Below are positions 27,638 through 42,840 of a stretch of 64,000 nucleotides of DNA, in pieces. This DNA comes from Squalus acanthias. Taxonomy: Eukaryota. Under the pieces are notes generated by a model that made no database searches, had not been told where the DNA came from, and saw nothing but the letters and a program-made list of their open reading frames with translations. The DNA is taken from contig CM059431.1 of assembly GCA_030390025.1 (NCBI GenBank), positions 151,778,001 through 151,842,000 on the forward strand, in the 5' to 3' direction. A program made the position numbers and the translations under genes. The first letter of the stretch is position 1. Each line of letters begins with the position of its first letter.

Positions 27638-27789
27638 CTGTAAGGAAGAGGGAGAAGAGTTCAGTAACAGGGTCACCCGGATAAACATCACAGCTTATTG
27701 TGGGGAATGCTCAGATGTGTGCCTACTTAGCGTTACCTACATTGATTTTTTGCCATATAGGCGAGCTTTGAGGAGTCAAAGACCAAACA

Positions 27790-28720
27790 GACATTACGGC
27801 AGAGAGGGAGGGCATTCGGTCCATCGAGTGCGTTCCGGCTCTCTGTAGAGCACTCCAGTCAGTCTCATCCACCCCCGCTATCCCCGTAGCCCTACAAGAT
27901 TATTTCCCTCGAGTGCCTATCCAGTGAGCCCTTGAAAACATTGAGTGTCTCTGCTTCCACCACTTCCGTCAGCAGTGAATTCCAGGTGTTCACCACTCAC
28001 TGCATAAAAAAGTTTTTCTTCACCACCCCCCTGTATCTCTTACCCAAAACCTTAAATGTGTGTCCCCTAGTCTTTTTACCATCAACTACTGGGAACAGCC
28101 TTTCCCCGTTTAGCCTATCCATACCCGCCATAATCAAATCACCGCTCAACCTCCTTTGCTCTAATTAAACAAAATCCAGCTTCTCCAACCTGTCCTTGTA
28201 GCCAAGAACCCCCATCCCCGGAAACATTCTGGGAAATCTCCTCTGCATCCTCTCAAGGGCCTTCACATCCTTCCTAAAGTGTGGTGATCAGAACTGGAAG
28301 CAATACTCCAGTTGTGGCCTAACTAGCGTTTTATAAAGGTTCAGCATAACTTCTCTGCTGTTGTACTCAATACCTCTATTTATGAAGCCCAAGATCCCAT
28401 ATTCTTTGTTAACCACTCTCTCAATATGTCCCGCCACCATCAGGGACCTATGCACATTAACTCCCAGGTCCATCTGTCCCTGCACAATCTTTAAAACTGT
28501 GCCACTGAGTGTATATTGCCTCTCCCTGTTCCTTCTGCCAAAATGCATCACCTCACACTTCTCTGTATTAAATTCCATCTGCCACTTGTCTTCCCATTCT
28601 GCTAGCCTTTCTATGTCCTGTTGCAGCTACTGTTTGCCATACCCCCAAGTTTGGTGTCATGGGCAAATTTAAAAATTCTACCCTGTATTCCAATATCCAG
28701 GTCATTTATATATATCTTAA
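27790..28720 (-). mobile_element. CR1 LINE 3' fragment inside the copy B intron
   Basis: Minus ORF MEFNTEKCEVMHFG...RPQLEYC and a CR1 3' UTR near 27800. Confidence 0.88.
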
Positions 28721-29214
28721 AAAATTGACTTAAAAGGAATGAAACATTGAATATTCAATATAGAGGGACTCAAATTCCGACTCCCTTCCACCATACTTCA
28801 GACAGCGGTTAAATATAATTTCGCAGCAATTACTGGAAATATATGGATTCAATAAAACATTCAGCTGTTGGGTGGAGGTAGCTGCAGTCCGAGCAATTAT
28901 CAGCATAAAATAGACAGGGAACCACGGGACAAATGAAATAAATGCTATGGACACGAAGCAACACATTCTTTAATACTGTTGGAGGGGCCGGGGAATCAGC
29001 CTCGCCCTCCCTCAGTATAGAGAGGGAAGTTGAGTGCCCCGTGCCCAAAATCTGCCGGCCAGAATAGCGCCTAACCGGCCGGGCAAACTGGTCGGATTCC
29101 CGCTGATATTCACCAAATTATCCCGGTAGATAAATGATCTTCACGGAATCTGTAACATAATCATAAACAGTAAGTTCGTTAACAACTATTAAACAACAGG
29201 ATGCATTGACTTAC

Positions 29215-29284
29215 CGGGAATACCAAAGACTGCGAGAAAATGATAGTATATGTCCTTTATCTGGAGAATTATTGGCCGTGCCAG
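29215..29284 (-). CDS. GPR139-like GPCR copy B, exon 1 with CTG in place of the ATG start (possibly a pseudogene)
   Basis: CTG GCA CGG CCA...GGT ATT CCC G|gtaagt, 70 nt; copy C has ATG at the homologous position. Confidence 0.75.
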
Positions 29285-29361
29285 TTTCAGAAGACTGTGT
29301 GAATACTGTCCTGCATTACAGTTCCGACTGGTGTTTATCTGAGATCCGTAAATTCGCCCCC

Positions 29362-29367
29362 TTTATA
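29362..29367 (-). promoter_or_regulatory. TATA box of GPCR copy B
   Basis: TTCTATAAAG on the minus strand, at the same spacing from the start codon as in copy A. Confidence 0.55.
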
Positions 29368-29662
29368 GAACAATCCGTGCCCTGGTGAGAAAGTGAGGTT
29401 ACACAATAATTGAACTCAGTTACAGCCACTTAACAAACAAGGGGCGATTTTCCGCTTCAGTGCGCCCAATGGGGAAATTGTACATCTGAGTCCATGAAAC
29501 TCCGTCCATTAAAAACAATGGAATGGAGTTAATTCCAGAGGGAATGCGCTCTGCACCCGCCATGTGAAACCTGAAGGGAACATCTCTCCAAGTCCCTGTG
29601 TTAGCTTCTAAGGGCCTCACATAATTTGGTGAAATCTTCTCTCATCCATTCCATAAGTAACG

Positions 29663-32600
29663 CTTTAACGTTACTGTTGACGATCCTGCCCTAACATTAC
29701 TGGCCGTCACCCTTCTCTAATATTACTGGTGGTGATCCTACACTAATATTACTGGTGGTAGCCATCACCTAACATTAATGGTGATGATTCTACTCCAATA
29801 TCACTGGTGGTGATCCTACACTAATATTACTGGTAGTGGCCATCATCTATCATTAATTGTGATGACTCTACTCTAATATTACTATGGTGATCCTACAGTA
29901 AGATTACTGGTGATGACCCTAATCTAACATTACTGGTGATGAATCAACTCGACAATTACTGGTGGTGAACCTACTCTAACATTATTGGTCATGACTGAAC
30001 CGAAGATTATTGATGGAGACCCTACACTAACATTAATTGTGAAGAACCTCCTCTAACATTACTGGAAGTGACGCTATTCTAACATTACTGGTGGTGACTC
30101 TACTCTAACATTACTGGTGGTGATTCTACTCTAACATTACTTGTGGTGACTTTACTCTATCATTACTGGTGATGACTCTACTCTAACATTACTGGTGGTG
30201 ACTCTACTCTAACATTACTGGTGTTGTCCCCAGTCTAACATTACTGGTAGTGAGTCTACTCTAACATTACTGGTGGTGTGTCGACTCTAACATTACTGTT
30301 GGTGACCCGACTCTAACATTACTGTTGGTGACCCTACTCTAACATTACTGGTGGTGACTTTACTCTATCATTACTGGTGGTGACTCTACTCTAACATTAC
30401 TGGTGGTGACCCGACTCTAACATTACTGGTGGTGAATCTACTCTAACATTCCTGGTGGTGTGTCTACACTAACATTACTGGTGGTGACCCAACTCTAACA
30501 TTACTGGTGGTGACCCGACTCTAACATTACTGGTGGTGAATCTACTCTAACATTACTGGTGGTGTGTCTACACTAACATTACTGGTGGTGACCCTACTCT
30601 AACATTACTGGTGGTGACTCTACTCCAACGTTACTGGTGGTGACTCTACCCTAACATTACTGCTGGTGTCTCTACTCTAACATTACTGGTGGTGACTCTA
30701 CTCCAACGTTACTCGTGGTGACTCTACTCTAACATTATTGGTGGTGACCCCACACTAAACTTAATGGTGGTGGCTCTACTCTAACATTACTTTTGGTGAC
30801 TTTACTCGAACATTAATCGTGGTGACTCTACACCAACATTACTGGTGGTGACCCTACTCTAACCTTAGTGGTGGGGACCATACTCTAACATTACTGGTGG
30901 TGACTCTACTTAAACATTACTGGTGGTGACTCTTCTAACATTACTGGTGGTGACCTTACTCAAACATTACTGGTGGTCACCCTACTCTAACATTAATAGT
31001 GGTGACCCTAATCTAACATTATTGTTGGTGACTCTACTCTAACATTAATGGTGGTGATTCTACTCTAACATTACTGTTGGTGACCCTACTCTAACATTAC
31101 TGGTGGTGACCCTCCTCTAACATTACTGGTGGTGACTCTACTATAACATTGCTTGTGGTGAATCCACTCCAACATTACTGGTGGTGACCATACTCTAACA
31201 TTACTGCTGTTGTCTCTACTTTAACATTAATGGTGGTGAGTATACTCTAACATTACTTGTGCTGACTTTACTCTAACATTACTGGTGGTCACTCTACTCC
31301 AACATTACTGGTGGTGACTCTACTCTAACATTACTGGTGCTGTCCCCAGTCTAACATTACTGGTGTTGAGTCTAATCTAACATTACTGGTGGTGTGTCGA
31401 CTCTAACATTGCTGTTGGTGACCCTACTCTAACATTACTGTTGTTGACCCTACTCTAACATTACTGCTTGTGTCTCTACTCTAACTTTTGGTGGTGTCTC
31501 TACTTTAACATTAATGGTGGTGAGTCTACTGTAACATTACTGGTGGTGACTCTACTCTAACATTACTGGTGGTGAGTCTACTCTAACATTACTGGTGGTG
31601 TGTAGACTCTAACATTACTGTTGGTGACCCTACTCTACCATTACTGGTGGTGACCCTACTCTAACATTACTGGTGGTGACTCTACTCCTACTTTTATGAT
31701 GGTGACTCTACTCCAACATTACTGGTGGTGACTCTACTCTAATATTACTGTTGGTGACCCTACTCTACCATTACTGGTGGTGACCCTACTCTAACATTAC
31801 TGGTGGTGACTCTACTCCTACTTTACTGATGGTGACTCTACTCCAACATTACTGGTGGTGACTCTACTCTAACATTACTGGTGGTGACCCAACTCCAACA
31901 TTACTGATGGTGACTCTGCTCCAACATTACTGTTGCTGATTCTATTCTAACATTACTGTTGGTGTCTCTACTCTAACATTAATGGTGGTGAGTCTAGTCT
32001 AACATTACTGGTGGTGACTCTACTCTAACATTACTGGTGGTGACCCCACTCTAAACTTACTGGTGCTGGCTCTACTCTAACCTTAATGATGGTGACTTTA
32101 CTCGTACATTAATCGTGGTGACTCTACACCAACATTACTGGTGGTGACCCTACTCTAACCTTAGTGGTGGTGATCATACTCTAACATTACTGGTGGTGAC
32201 TCTACTCCAACGATACTGGTGGTGACTCTACTCCAACATTACTGCTGGTGACTCTACTCTAACATTACTGGTGGTGACTCTACTTAAACATTACTGGTGC
32301 TGACTCTACTCTCAAATTACTGGTGGTGACCCTACTCTAACATTACTGGTGGTTAATCTACTCTAACATTACTGGTGGTGTGTCAACACTAGCATTACTG
32401 GTGGTGACTCTACTCTAACATTTCTGGTGGTGGCTCTGCTCTAACGTTACTGGTGGTGACCTTACTCTAACATTAATGGTGGTGACTCCACTCTAACAAT
32501 CCTGGTGGTGACTCAACTCTAACATTACTGGTGGTGACTCTACTCTAACATTACTGGTGTTGTCCCCAGTCTAACATTGCTGGTGGTGAGTCTACTCTAA

Positions 32601-35600
32601 CATTACTGGTGGTGTGTCGATTCTAACATCACTGGTGATGACTCTACTCCAACGTTACTGGTGGTGACTCTACTCTAACATTACTGGCGGTGACTCTACT
32701 CTAACATTACTGGTGGTGACCCTACTCTAACATTACTGGTGGTGTGTCTACTCTAACATTACTGGCGGTGACTCTACTCTAACATTACTGGTGGTGACCC
32801 TCCTCTAACATTACTGTTGGTGTCTCTAATCTAACATTAATGGTGGTGAGTCTACTCTAACATTACTGGTGGTGACTCTACTCTAACATTACTGGTGGTG
32901 AGTCTACTCTAACATTACTGGTGGTGACTCTACTCTAACATTACTGGTGGTGACTCTACTCGTACATTTCTGCTGGTGACTCTACTCTAACATTACTGGT
33001 GGTGTCTCTACTCTAACATTACTGATGGTGACTCTACTCCAACATTACTGGTGGTGACCCCACACTTAACTTACTGGTGGTGGCTCTACTCTAACCTTAC
33101 TGATGGTGACTTTACTCGAACATTAATCGTGCTGACTCTACACCAACATTACTGGTGGTGACCCTACTCTAACCTTATTGCTGGTGACCATACTCTAACA
33201 TTACTGGTGGTGACTCTACTTAAACATTGCTGGTGGTGACTCTCCTCTCAAATTACTGGTGGTGACCCGACTCTAACATTACTGGTGGTGAATCTACTCT
33301 AACATTACTGGTGGTGTGTCTGCACTAACATAACTGGTGGTGACCCTACTCTAACATTACTGGTGCTGACTCTACTCTAACATTACTGGTGGTGACTCGA
33401 ATCTAACATTAGTGATGGTGACTCTACTCCAACGTTACTGGTGGTGACTCTATTCTAACATTACTGTTGGTGTCTCTACTCTAACATTAATGGTGGTGAG
33501 TCTAGTCTAACATTACTGGTGGTGACCCCACTCTAAACTTACTGGTGCTGGCTCTACTCTAACCTTAATGATGGTGACTTTACTCGAACATTAATCGTGG
33601 TGACTCTACACCAACATTACTGGTGGTGACCCTACTCTAACCTTAGTGGTGGTGATCATACTCTAACATTACTGGTGGTGACTCTACTTCAATATTACTG
33701 GTTGTGACTCTATTCTCAAATTAATGGTGGTGACCCTACTCTAACATTACTGGTGGTGAATCAACTCTAAGATTACTGGTGGTGTGTCTCCACTAACATT
33801 ACTGGTGGTGACTCTACTCTAACATTTCTGGTGGTGACTCTACTCTAACATTACTGGTGGTGACCTTACTCTAACATTACTGGTGGTCACCCTACTCTAA
33901 CATTAATGGTGGTGACCCTAATCTAACATTACTGGTGGTGACTCTACTCTAACATTACTGGTGGTGATTCTACTCTAACATTACTTGTGGTGACTTTACT
34001 CTATCATTACTGGTGGTGACTCTACTCTAACATTCATGGTGGTGACTCTACTCTAACATTACTGGTGTTGTCCCCAGTCTAACATTACTGGTGGTGAGTC
34101 TACTCTAACATTACCGGTGGTGTGTCGACTCTAACATTACTGTTGGTGACCCGACTCTAACATTACTGTTGGTGACCCTACTCTAACATTACTGGTGGTG
34201 ACTCTGCTCTAACATTACTGGTGGTGACTCTACTCCAACATTACTGTTGGTGACTCTACTCTAACATTACTGTTGGTGACCCTACTCTAACATTACTGGT
34301 GGTGACCCTACTCTAACATTACTGGTGGTGACACTACTCCAACGTTACTGGTGTTGACTCTACTCCATCATTATTGGTGGTGACCCCACTCTAAACTTAC
34401 TGGTGGTGGCTTTACTCGAATATTAATCGTGGTGTCTCTACATCAAAATTACTGGTAGTGACCCTACTCTAACCTTAGTGGTGGTGACCATACTCTAACA
34501 TTACTGGTGGTGACTCTACTTAAACATTACTGGTGGTGAGTCTACTCTAACATTACTGGTGGTGAGTCTACTCTAACATTACTGGTGGTGACCCTACTTT
34601 TACATTACTGGCGGTGACTCTACTCTAACATTACTGTTGGTGACTCTGCTCCAACATTACTTGTGGTGACGCTACTCCAACATTACTGGTGATGACCCTA
34701 CTCTAACTTTACTGTTGGTGTTTCTACTCTAACATTAATGGTGGTTAGTCTACTCTAACATTACTGGTGGTGACTATACTCTAACATAACTGGTGGAGAC
34801 CCGACTCCAAACCTACTGGTGGTGGCTCTACTCTAACCTTACTGATGGTGACTTTACTCGAACATTAATCGTGCTGACTCTACACCAACATTACTGGTGG
34901 TGACCCTACTCTAACCTTATTGCTGGTGACCATACTCTAACATTACTGGTGGTGACTCTACTTAAACATTACTGGTGGTGACTCTCCTCTCAAATTACTG
35001 GTGGTGACCCGACTCTAACATTACTGGTGGTGAATCTACTCTAACATTACTGGTGGTGTGTCTGCACTAACATAACTGGTGGTGACCCTACTCTAACATT
35101 ACTGGTGCTGACTCTACTCTAACATTACTGGTGGTGAATCTACTCTAACATTACTGGTGGTGTGTCTGCACTAACATAACTGGTGGTGACCCTACTCTAA
35201 CATTACTGGTGCTGACTCTACTCTAACATTACTGGTGGTGACTCTACTCCAACGTTACTGGTGGTGACTCTGCTCCAACATTACTGTTGCTGACTCTATT
35301 CTAACATTACTGTTGGTGTCTCTACTCTAACATTAATGGTGGTGAGTCTAGTCTAACATTACTGGTGGTGACTCTACTCTAACATTACTGGTGGTGACCC
35401 CACTCTAAACTTACTGGTGCTGGCTCTACTCTAACCTTAATGATGGTGACTTTACTCGAACATTAATCGTGGTGACTCTACACCAACATTACTGGTGGTG
35501 ACCCTACTCTAACCTTAGTGGTGGTGATCATACTCTAACATTACTGGTGGTGACTCTACTTCAATATTACTGGTTGTGACTCTACTCTCAAATTACTGGT

Positions 35601-38600
35601 GGTGACCCTACTCTAACATTACTGGTGGTGAATCAACTCTAACATTACTGGTGGTGTGTCTCCACTAACATTACTGGTGGTGACTCTACTCTAACATTTC
35701 TGGTGGTGACTCTACTCTAACATTACTGGTGGTGACCTTACTCTAACATTACTGGTGGTCACCCTACTCTAACATTAATGGTGGTGACCCTAATCTAACA
35801 TTACTGGTGGTGACTCTACTCTAACATTACTGGTGGTGATTCTACTCTAACATTACTTGTGGTGACTTTACTCTGTCATTACTGGTGGTGACTCTACTCT
35901 AACATTCATGGTGGTGACTCTACTCTAACATTACTGGTGTTGTCCCCAGTCTAACATTACTGGTGGTGAGTCTACTCTAACATTACTGGTGGTGTGTCGA
36001 CTCTAACATTACTGTTGGTGACCCGACTCTAACATTACTGGTGGTGATCCTACTCTAACATTACTGGTGGTGACTCTGCTCTAACATTACTGGTGGTGAC
36101 TCTACTCTAACATTACTGGTGGTGACCCTACTCTAACATTACTGTTGGTGACTCTACTCTAACATTACTGGTGGTGACTCTACTCTAACATTACTGGTGG
36201 TGACCCTACTCTAACATTACTGGTGGTGACACTACTCCAACGTTACTGGTGTTGACTCTACTCCATCATTATTGGTGGTGACCCCACTCTAAACTTACTG
36301 GTGGTGGCTTTACTCGAATATTAATCGTGGTGTCTCTACATCAAAATTACTGGTAGTGACCCTACTCTAACCTTAGTGGTGGTGACCATACTCTAACATT
36401 ACTGGTGGTGACTCTACTTAAACATTACTGCTTGTGGCTCTACTCCAACGTTATTGGTAGTTACTCTACTCCAACATTACTGTTGGTGACTCTACTCTAA
36501 CATTACTGGTGGTGAGTCTACTCTAACATTACTGGTGGTGACCCTACTTTTACATTACTGGCGGTGACTCTACTCTAACATTACTGTTGGTGACTCTGCT
36601 CCAACATTACTTGTGGTGACGCTACTCCAACATTACTGGTGGTGACCCTACTCTAACTTTACTGTTGGTGTTTCTACTCTAACATTAATGGTGGTGAGTC
36701 TACTCTAACATTACTGGTGGTGACTATACTCTAACATTACTGGTGGAGACCCCACTCCAAACCTACTGGTGGTGGCTCTACTCTAACCTTACTGATGGTG
36801 ACTTTACTCGAACATTAATCGTGGTGACTCTACACCAACATTAATGGTGGTGACCCTACTCTAACATTAGTGGTGGTGACCATACTCTAGCATTACTGGT
36901 GGTGACTCTACTTAAACATTACTGGTTGAGACTCTACTCTCAAATTACTGGTGGTGACCCTACTCTAACATTACTGGTGGTGTATCTACTCTAACATTAC
37001 TAGTGGTGTGTCTACGCTAACATTTCTGGTGGTGAATCTACTCTAACATTACTGGTGGTGACTCTACTCTAACATTACTGGTGGTGACTCTACTCTAACA
37101 TTACTGGTGGTGACTCTACTCTAACATTACTGGTGGTGTGTCGACTCTAACATTACTGTTGGTGACCCTACTCTAACATTACTGGTGGTGACCCAACTCG
37201 AACATTACTGGTGGTGACTCTACTCCAACGATACTGGTGGTGACTCTACTCCAACGATACTGGTGGTGACTCTACTCCAACATTACTGCTGGTGACCATA
37301 CTCTAACATTACTGGTGGTGACTCTACTTAAACATTACTGGTGGTGACTCTGCTCTCAAATTACTGGTGGTGACCCTACTCTAACATTACTGGTGGTTAA
37401 TCTACTCTAACATTACTGGTGGTGTGTCTACACTAGCATTACTGGTGGTGACTCTACTCTAACATTACTGGTGGTGACCTTACCCTAACATTACTGGTGG
37501 TCACCCTACTCTAACATTAATGGTGGTGACTCTACTCTAACATTACCGGTGTTGTCCCCAGTCTAACATTGCTGGTGGTGAGTCTACTCTAACATTACTG
37601 GTGGTGTGTCTACACTAGCATTACTGGTGGTGACTCTACTCTAACATTACTGGTGGTGACCTTACCCTAACATTACTGGTGGTCACCCTACTCTAACATT
37701 ACTGGTGGTGACTCTACTCTAACATTACTGGTGGTGACTCTACTCTAACATTACCGGTGTTGTCCCCAGTCTAACATTGCTGGTGGTGAGTCTACTCTAA
37801 CATTACTGGTGGTGTGTCGATTCTAACATTACTGTTGGTGACCCTACTCTAACATTACTGGTGGTGACCCTACTCTAACATTACTGGTGGTGACTCTACT
37901 CCAACATTACTGTTGGTGACTCTACTCTAACATTACTGGTGGTGAGTCTAATCTAACATTACTGGTGGTGACCCTACTCTAACATTACTGGTGGTGTCTC
38001 TACTCTAACATTACTGGTGGTGACCCTCCTCTAACATTACTGTTGGTGTCTCTAATCTAACATTAATGGTGGTGAGTCTACTCTAACATTACTGGTGGTG
38101 ACTCTACTCTAACATTACTGGCGGTGACTCTACTCCAACATTACTTGTGGTGACTCTACTCCAACATTACTGGTGGTGACCCTCCTCTAACATTACTGTT
38201 GGTGTCTCTAATCTAACATTAATGGTGGTGAGTCTACTCTAACATTACTGGTGGTGAGTCTACTCTAACATTACTGGTGGTGACACTACTCTAACATTAC
38301 TGGTGGTGACTCTACTCTTACATTACTGCTGGTGACTCTACTCTAACATTACTGGTGGTGACACTACTCTAACATTACTGGTGGTGACTCTACTCTTACA
38401 TTACTGTTGGTGTCTCTACTCTAACATTACTGGTGGTGTCTCTACTCTAACATTACTGATGGTGACTTTACTCGAACATTAATCGTGCTGACTCTGCACC
38501 AACATTACTGGTGGTGACCCTACTCTAACCTTATTGGTGGTGACCATACTCTAACATTACTGGTGGTGACTCTACTTAAACATTACTGGTGGTGACTCTC

Positions 38601-41600
38601 CTCTCAAATTACTGGTGGTGACCCGACTCTAACATTACTGGTGGTGAATCTACTCTAACATTACTGGTGGTGTGTCTGCACTAACATAACTGGTGGTGAC
38701 CCTACTCTAACATTACTTGTGCTGACTCTACTCTAACATTACTGGTGGTGACTCTAATCTTACATTACTGATGGTGTCTCTACTCTAACATTACTGCTGG
38801 TGACTCTACTCCAACGTTACTGGTGGTGACTCTACTCTAACGTTATTGGTGGTGACCTTACTCAGACATTACTGGTGGTCACCCTACTGTAACATTAATG
38901 GTGGTGACCCTAATCTAACATTACTGGTGGTGACTCTACTCTAACATTACTGGTGGTGATTCTACTCTAACATTACTGTTGGTGACCCTACACTAACATT
39001 ACTGGTGGTGACCCTCCTCTAACATTACTGGTTGTGACTCTACTCCAACGTTACTGGTGGTGACTCTACTCTAACATTACTGGTGGTGAGTCTACTCTAA
39101 CATTACTGGTGGTGACCCTACTCTATCATTACTGGTGGTGACTCTACTCTAACATTACTGGTGGTGACTCTACTCTAACATTACTTGAGGTGAATCCACT
39201 CCAACAATACTGGTGGTGACCCTACTCTAACATTAATGGCGGTGAGTTTACTCTAACATTACTTGTGCTGACTTTACTCTAACATTACTGGTGGTGACTC
39301 TACTCTAACATTACTGGTGCTGTCCCCAGTTCTAACATTACTGGTGGTGTGTCGACTCTAACATTGCTGTTGGTGATCCTACTCTACCATTACTGGTGGT
39401 GACCCTACTCTAACATTACTCGTGGTGACTCTACTCCTACGTTACTGATGGTGACTCTACTCCAACATTACTGGTGGTGACTCTACTCTAATATTACTGT
39501 TGGTGACCCTACTCTAACATTACTGGTCTTGACCCTACTCCAACATTACTGATGGTGACTCTACTCCAACGTTACTGGTGGTGACTCTGCTCCAACATTA
39601 CTGTTGCTGACTCTATTCTAACATTACTGTTGGTGTCTCTACTCTAACATTAATGGTGGTGAGTCTAGTATAAAATTACTGGTGGTGACTCTACTCTAAC
39701 ATTACTGGTGGTGATCCCACTCTAAACTTACTGGTGCTGGCTCTACTCTAACCTTACTGATGGTGACTTTACTCGAACATTAATCGTGGTGACTCTACAC
39801 CAACATTACTGGTGGTGAACCTACTCTAACCTTAGTGCTGGTGATCATACTCTAACATTACTGGTGGCTGACTCTACTGCAATATTACTGGTTGTGACTC
39901 TACTCTCAAATTACTGGTGGTGACCCTACTCTAACATTACTGGTGGTGAATAAACTCTAACATTACTGGTGGTGTGTCTCCAGTAACATAACTGGTGGTG
40001 ACTCTACTCTAACATTTCTGGTGGTGACTCTACTCTAACATTACTGGTGGTGACCTTACTCTAACATTAATTGTGGTCACCCTACTCTAACATTAATGGT
40101 GGTGACCCTAATCTAACATTACTGGTGGTGACTCTACTCTAACATTACTGGAGGTGATTCTACTCTAACATTACTTGTGGTGACTTTACTCTATCATTAC
40201 TGGTGGTGACCCTACTCTAACGTTACTGGTGGTGAATCTACTCTAACATTACTGGTGGTGTGTCTACACTAACATTGCTGGTGGTGACTCTACTCTAACA
40301 TTTCTGGTGGTAACTCTACTCTAACATTACTGGTGATGACCTTACTCTGACATTACTGGCGGTCAACCTACTCTAACATTAATGGTGGTGACCCTAATCT
40401 AACATTACTGGTGGTGACTCTACTCCAACATTACTGGTGGTGATTCTACTCTAACATTACAGGTGTTGTCCCCAGTCTAACATTACTGGTGGTGAGTCTA
40501 CTCTAACATTCCTGGTGGTGTGTCGACTCTAACATTACTGTTGGTGACCCTACTCTAACATTACTGGTGGTGACCCTGCTCTAACATTACTGGTGGTGAC
40601 TCTACTCTAACATTACTGGTGGTGACTCTACTCTCACATTACTGGTGGTGGCCCTACTCTAACATTACTGGTGGTGACTCTACTCTAACATTACTGGTGG
40701 TAACTCTACTCTAACATGACTTGTGGTGACTCTACTCCAACATTACTGGTGCTGACCCTACTCTAACATTACTGTTGGTGTCTCTACTCTAACATTAATG
40801 GTGGTGAGTCTACTCTAACATTACTGGTGGTAAGTCTACTCTAACATTAAGGTGGTGACTCTACTCTAACATTACTGGTGGTGACTCTACTCTAACATTA
40901 CTGTTGGTGACTCTACTCTAACATTACTGGTGGTGTCTCTACTCTAACATTACTGGTGAGACTCTGCTCTAACTTTACTGATGGTGACTCTACTCTATCA
41001 TTACTGGTGGTGACTATGCTCTAACATTACTGGTGGTGACTCTACTATAACATTACTGGTGGTAACTCTACTCTAACATTACTGGGGGTGACTCTACTCT
41101 AACATTACTGGTGGTGACTCTACTCTAACATTACTGGTGGTGACCCTACTCTAACATTACTGGAGGTGACTCTACTCGAACATTACAGCTGGTGACTCTA
41201 CTCCCACATTACTGGTGGTGTCGCTACTCAAACATTACTGGTGGTGACTCTACACTAACATTACTGGTGTTGACTCTACTCTAACATTACTGATGATGAC
41301 TCTACTCTTAGATTACTGGTGCTCACTCTACTCTATCATTACTTTTGGTGAATCTACTGTTACATTACTGGTGGTGATTTTAATCTAACATTACTGGTGG
41401 TGACTCTACTTTCACATTACTGGTGTTGATTCTACCCTAACATTACTGGAGGTTACTCTATTCTAAAATTACTGATGTGATTCTACTCTAAAATTACTGT
41501 ATATGAACGTATTCTAACATTCCTTCTGCTGACTCTACTCTAACATTGTTGGTTGTGACTCAACACTATTATTCATGCTGGTGACTCTAGTCTACCATTA

Positions 41601-41857
41601 CTGGTTGTGACTCTACTCTAACATTACTGGTGGTGACCCTACCCTAAAATTACTGGATATGAACGTATTCCAGCATTCCTGCTGCTGACTCTACTGTTAC
41701 ATTATTGTTTGTGACTCTATTCTATCATCACTGCTGGTGAACCTACTCCAACATTACTGGTGGTGACTCTACTGGAACATTAATGGTGATGATCCTGCTC
41801 TAACATTACTGATTGTCACTCTTCTCTAATATTACTTGAGCTGACACTAATCTAACA
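29663..41857 (+). repeat. 26-bp satellite array 2, homogeneous part (~470 units)
   Basis: Same consensus and same variant monomers as array 1; degenerate at both edges. Confidence 0.97.
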
Positions 41858-42840
41858 TTTTTTTTCCTTCCTTTATGGGATCAGGATGTCGCTGGCAATG
41901 CCAGCATTTATTGCCCATTCCTAGTTGCCCTTCAGAAGGTTGTCGCGAGCCGTCTTCTGGACCAGCTGCCGTCAGTGTGTTGATGGTACTCCCAAAGTGC
42001 TGTTAAGTTCGGAGTTCCAGGATGTTGACCCATGATGATGAAGTTTCGGCGATATAATTCTACATCAGAATAGTGTGTGACTTTGAGGGAAACTCGGAGG
42101 TGGTGGTATTCCCATGCGCCTGCTGCTCTTGTCATTCTAGGTGGAAGAGGTCGCGGGTTTGGGAGGTGCTGCTGAAGAAGCCTTGGCGAATTGCTGCAGT
42201 GCATCTTGTAGAAGGTGCACACTGCAGCCACGGTACGCCGGTGGTGGAGGGAGTGAATGTTAAGGTGGTGTATGGGGTGCCAATTTAGCGGGCTGCTTTG
42301 TCCTGGATAATGTCGAGCTTCTTGAGTGTAGTTGGAGCTGCACTCATCCAGGCAAGTGGACAATATTACATCACAATCCTTACTTGTGCCTTGTAGATGG
42401 TGGAAAGACTTTGGGGATTCAGGAGGTGAGGCACTCGCCACAGAATACCTAGCGTCTGACCTGCTCTTTTTGCCACATTATTTATTTGGCTGGTTCAATT
42501 AATTTTCTGGTTAATGGTGACACCCAGGATGTTGTCAGTGGGGGAGTCGGCAATGGTAATGCCATTGAATGTGAAGGTGATGTGGCTAGACTTTCACATG
42601 TTGGCGATAGACATTGCCTGGCACTTCTGTGGCACGAATGTTACCTGCCACTTATCAGCCCAAGCCTGAACGTCGTCCAGGTCTTGTTGCATGCAGGCAT
42701 GGACTGCTTCATTATCTGTGGAGTTGTGAATGGCGCTGAACACTGTGCAGTCATCAACGAACATCACAATTCCTGATCTTATGTTGGATGGAATGTCATT
42801 GATGAAGCAGCAAATGGAGTTTGGACCGAGGACACAGGAA
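41858..42840 (-). mobile_element. 5'-truncated CR1/L2-group LINE (RT C-terminus, 3' UTR, A tail) inserted in the satellite
   Basis: VLGP..F..FIND, FVDDCTVF, MQQDLDDVQAWADKWQVTF, SLHHRRTVAA; T-run at 41858-41865 is the tail. Confidence 0.9.

Noticed and set aside
9029..41857. Chi-like motif (ACTGGTGG, occasionally GCTGGTGG) in each monomer
   Set aside because: Chi acts through bacterial RecBCD; there is no basis for function here and the 7/8 match follows from the TGG repeat.
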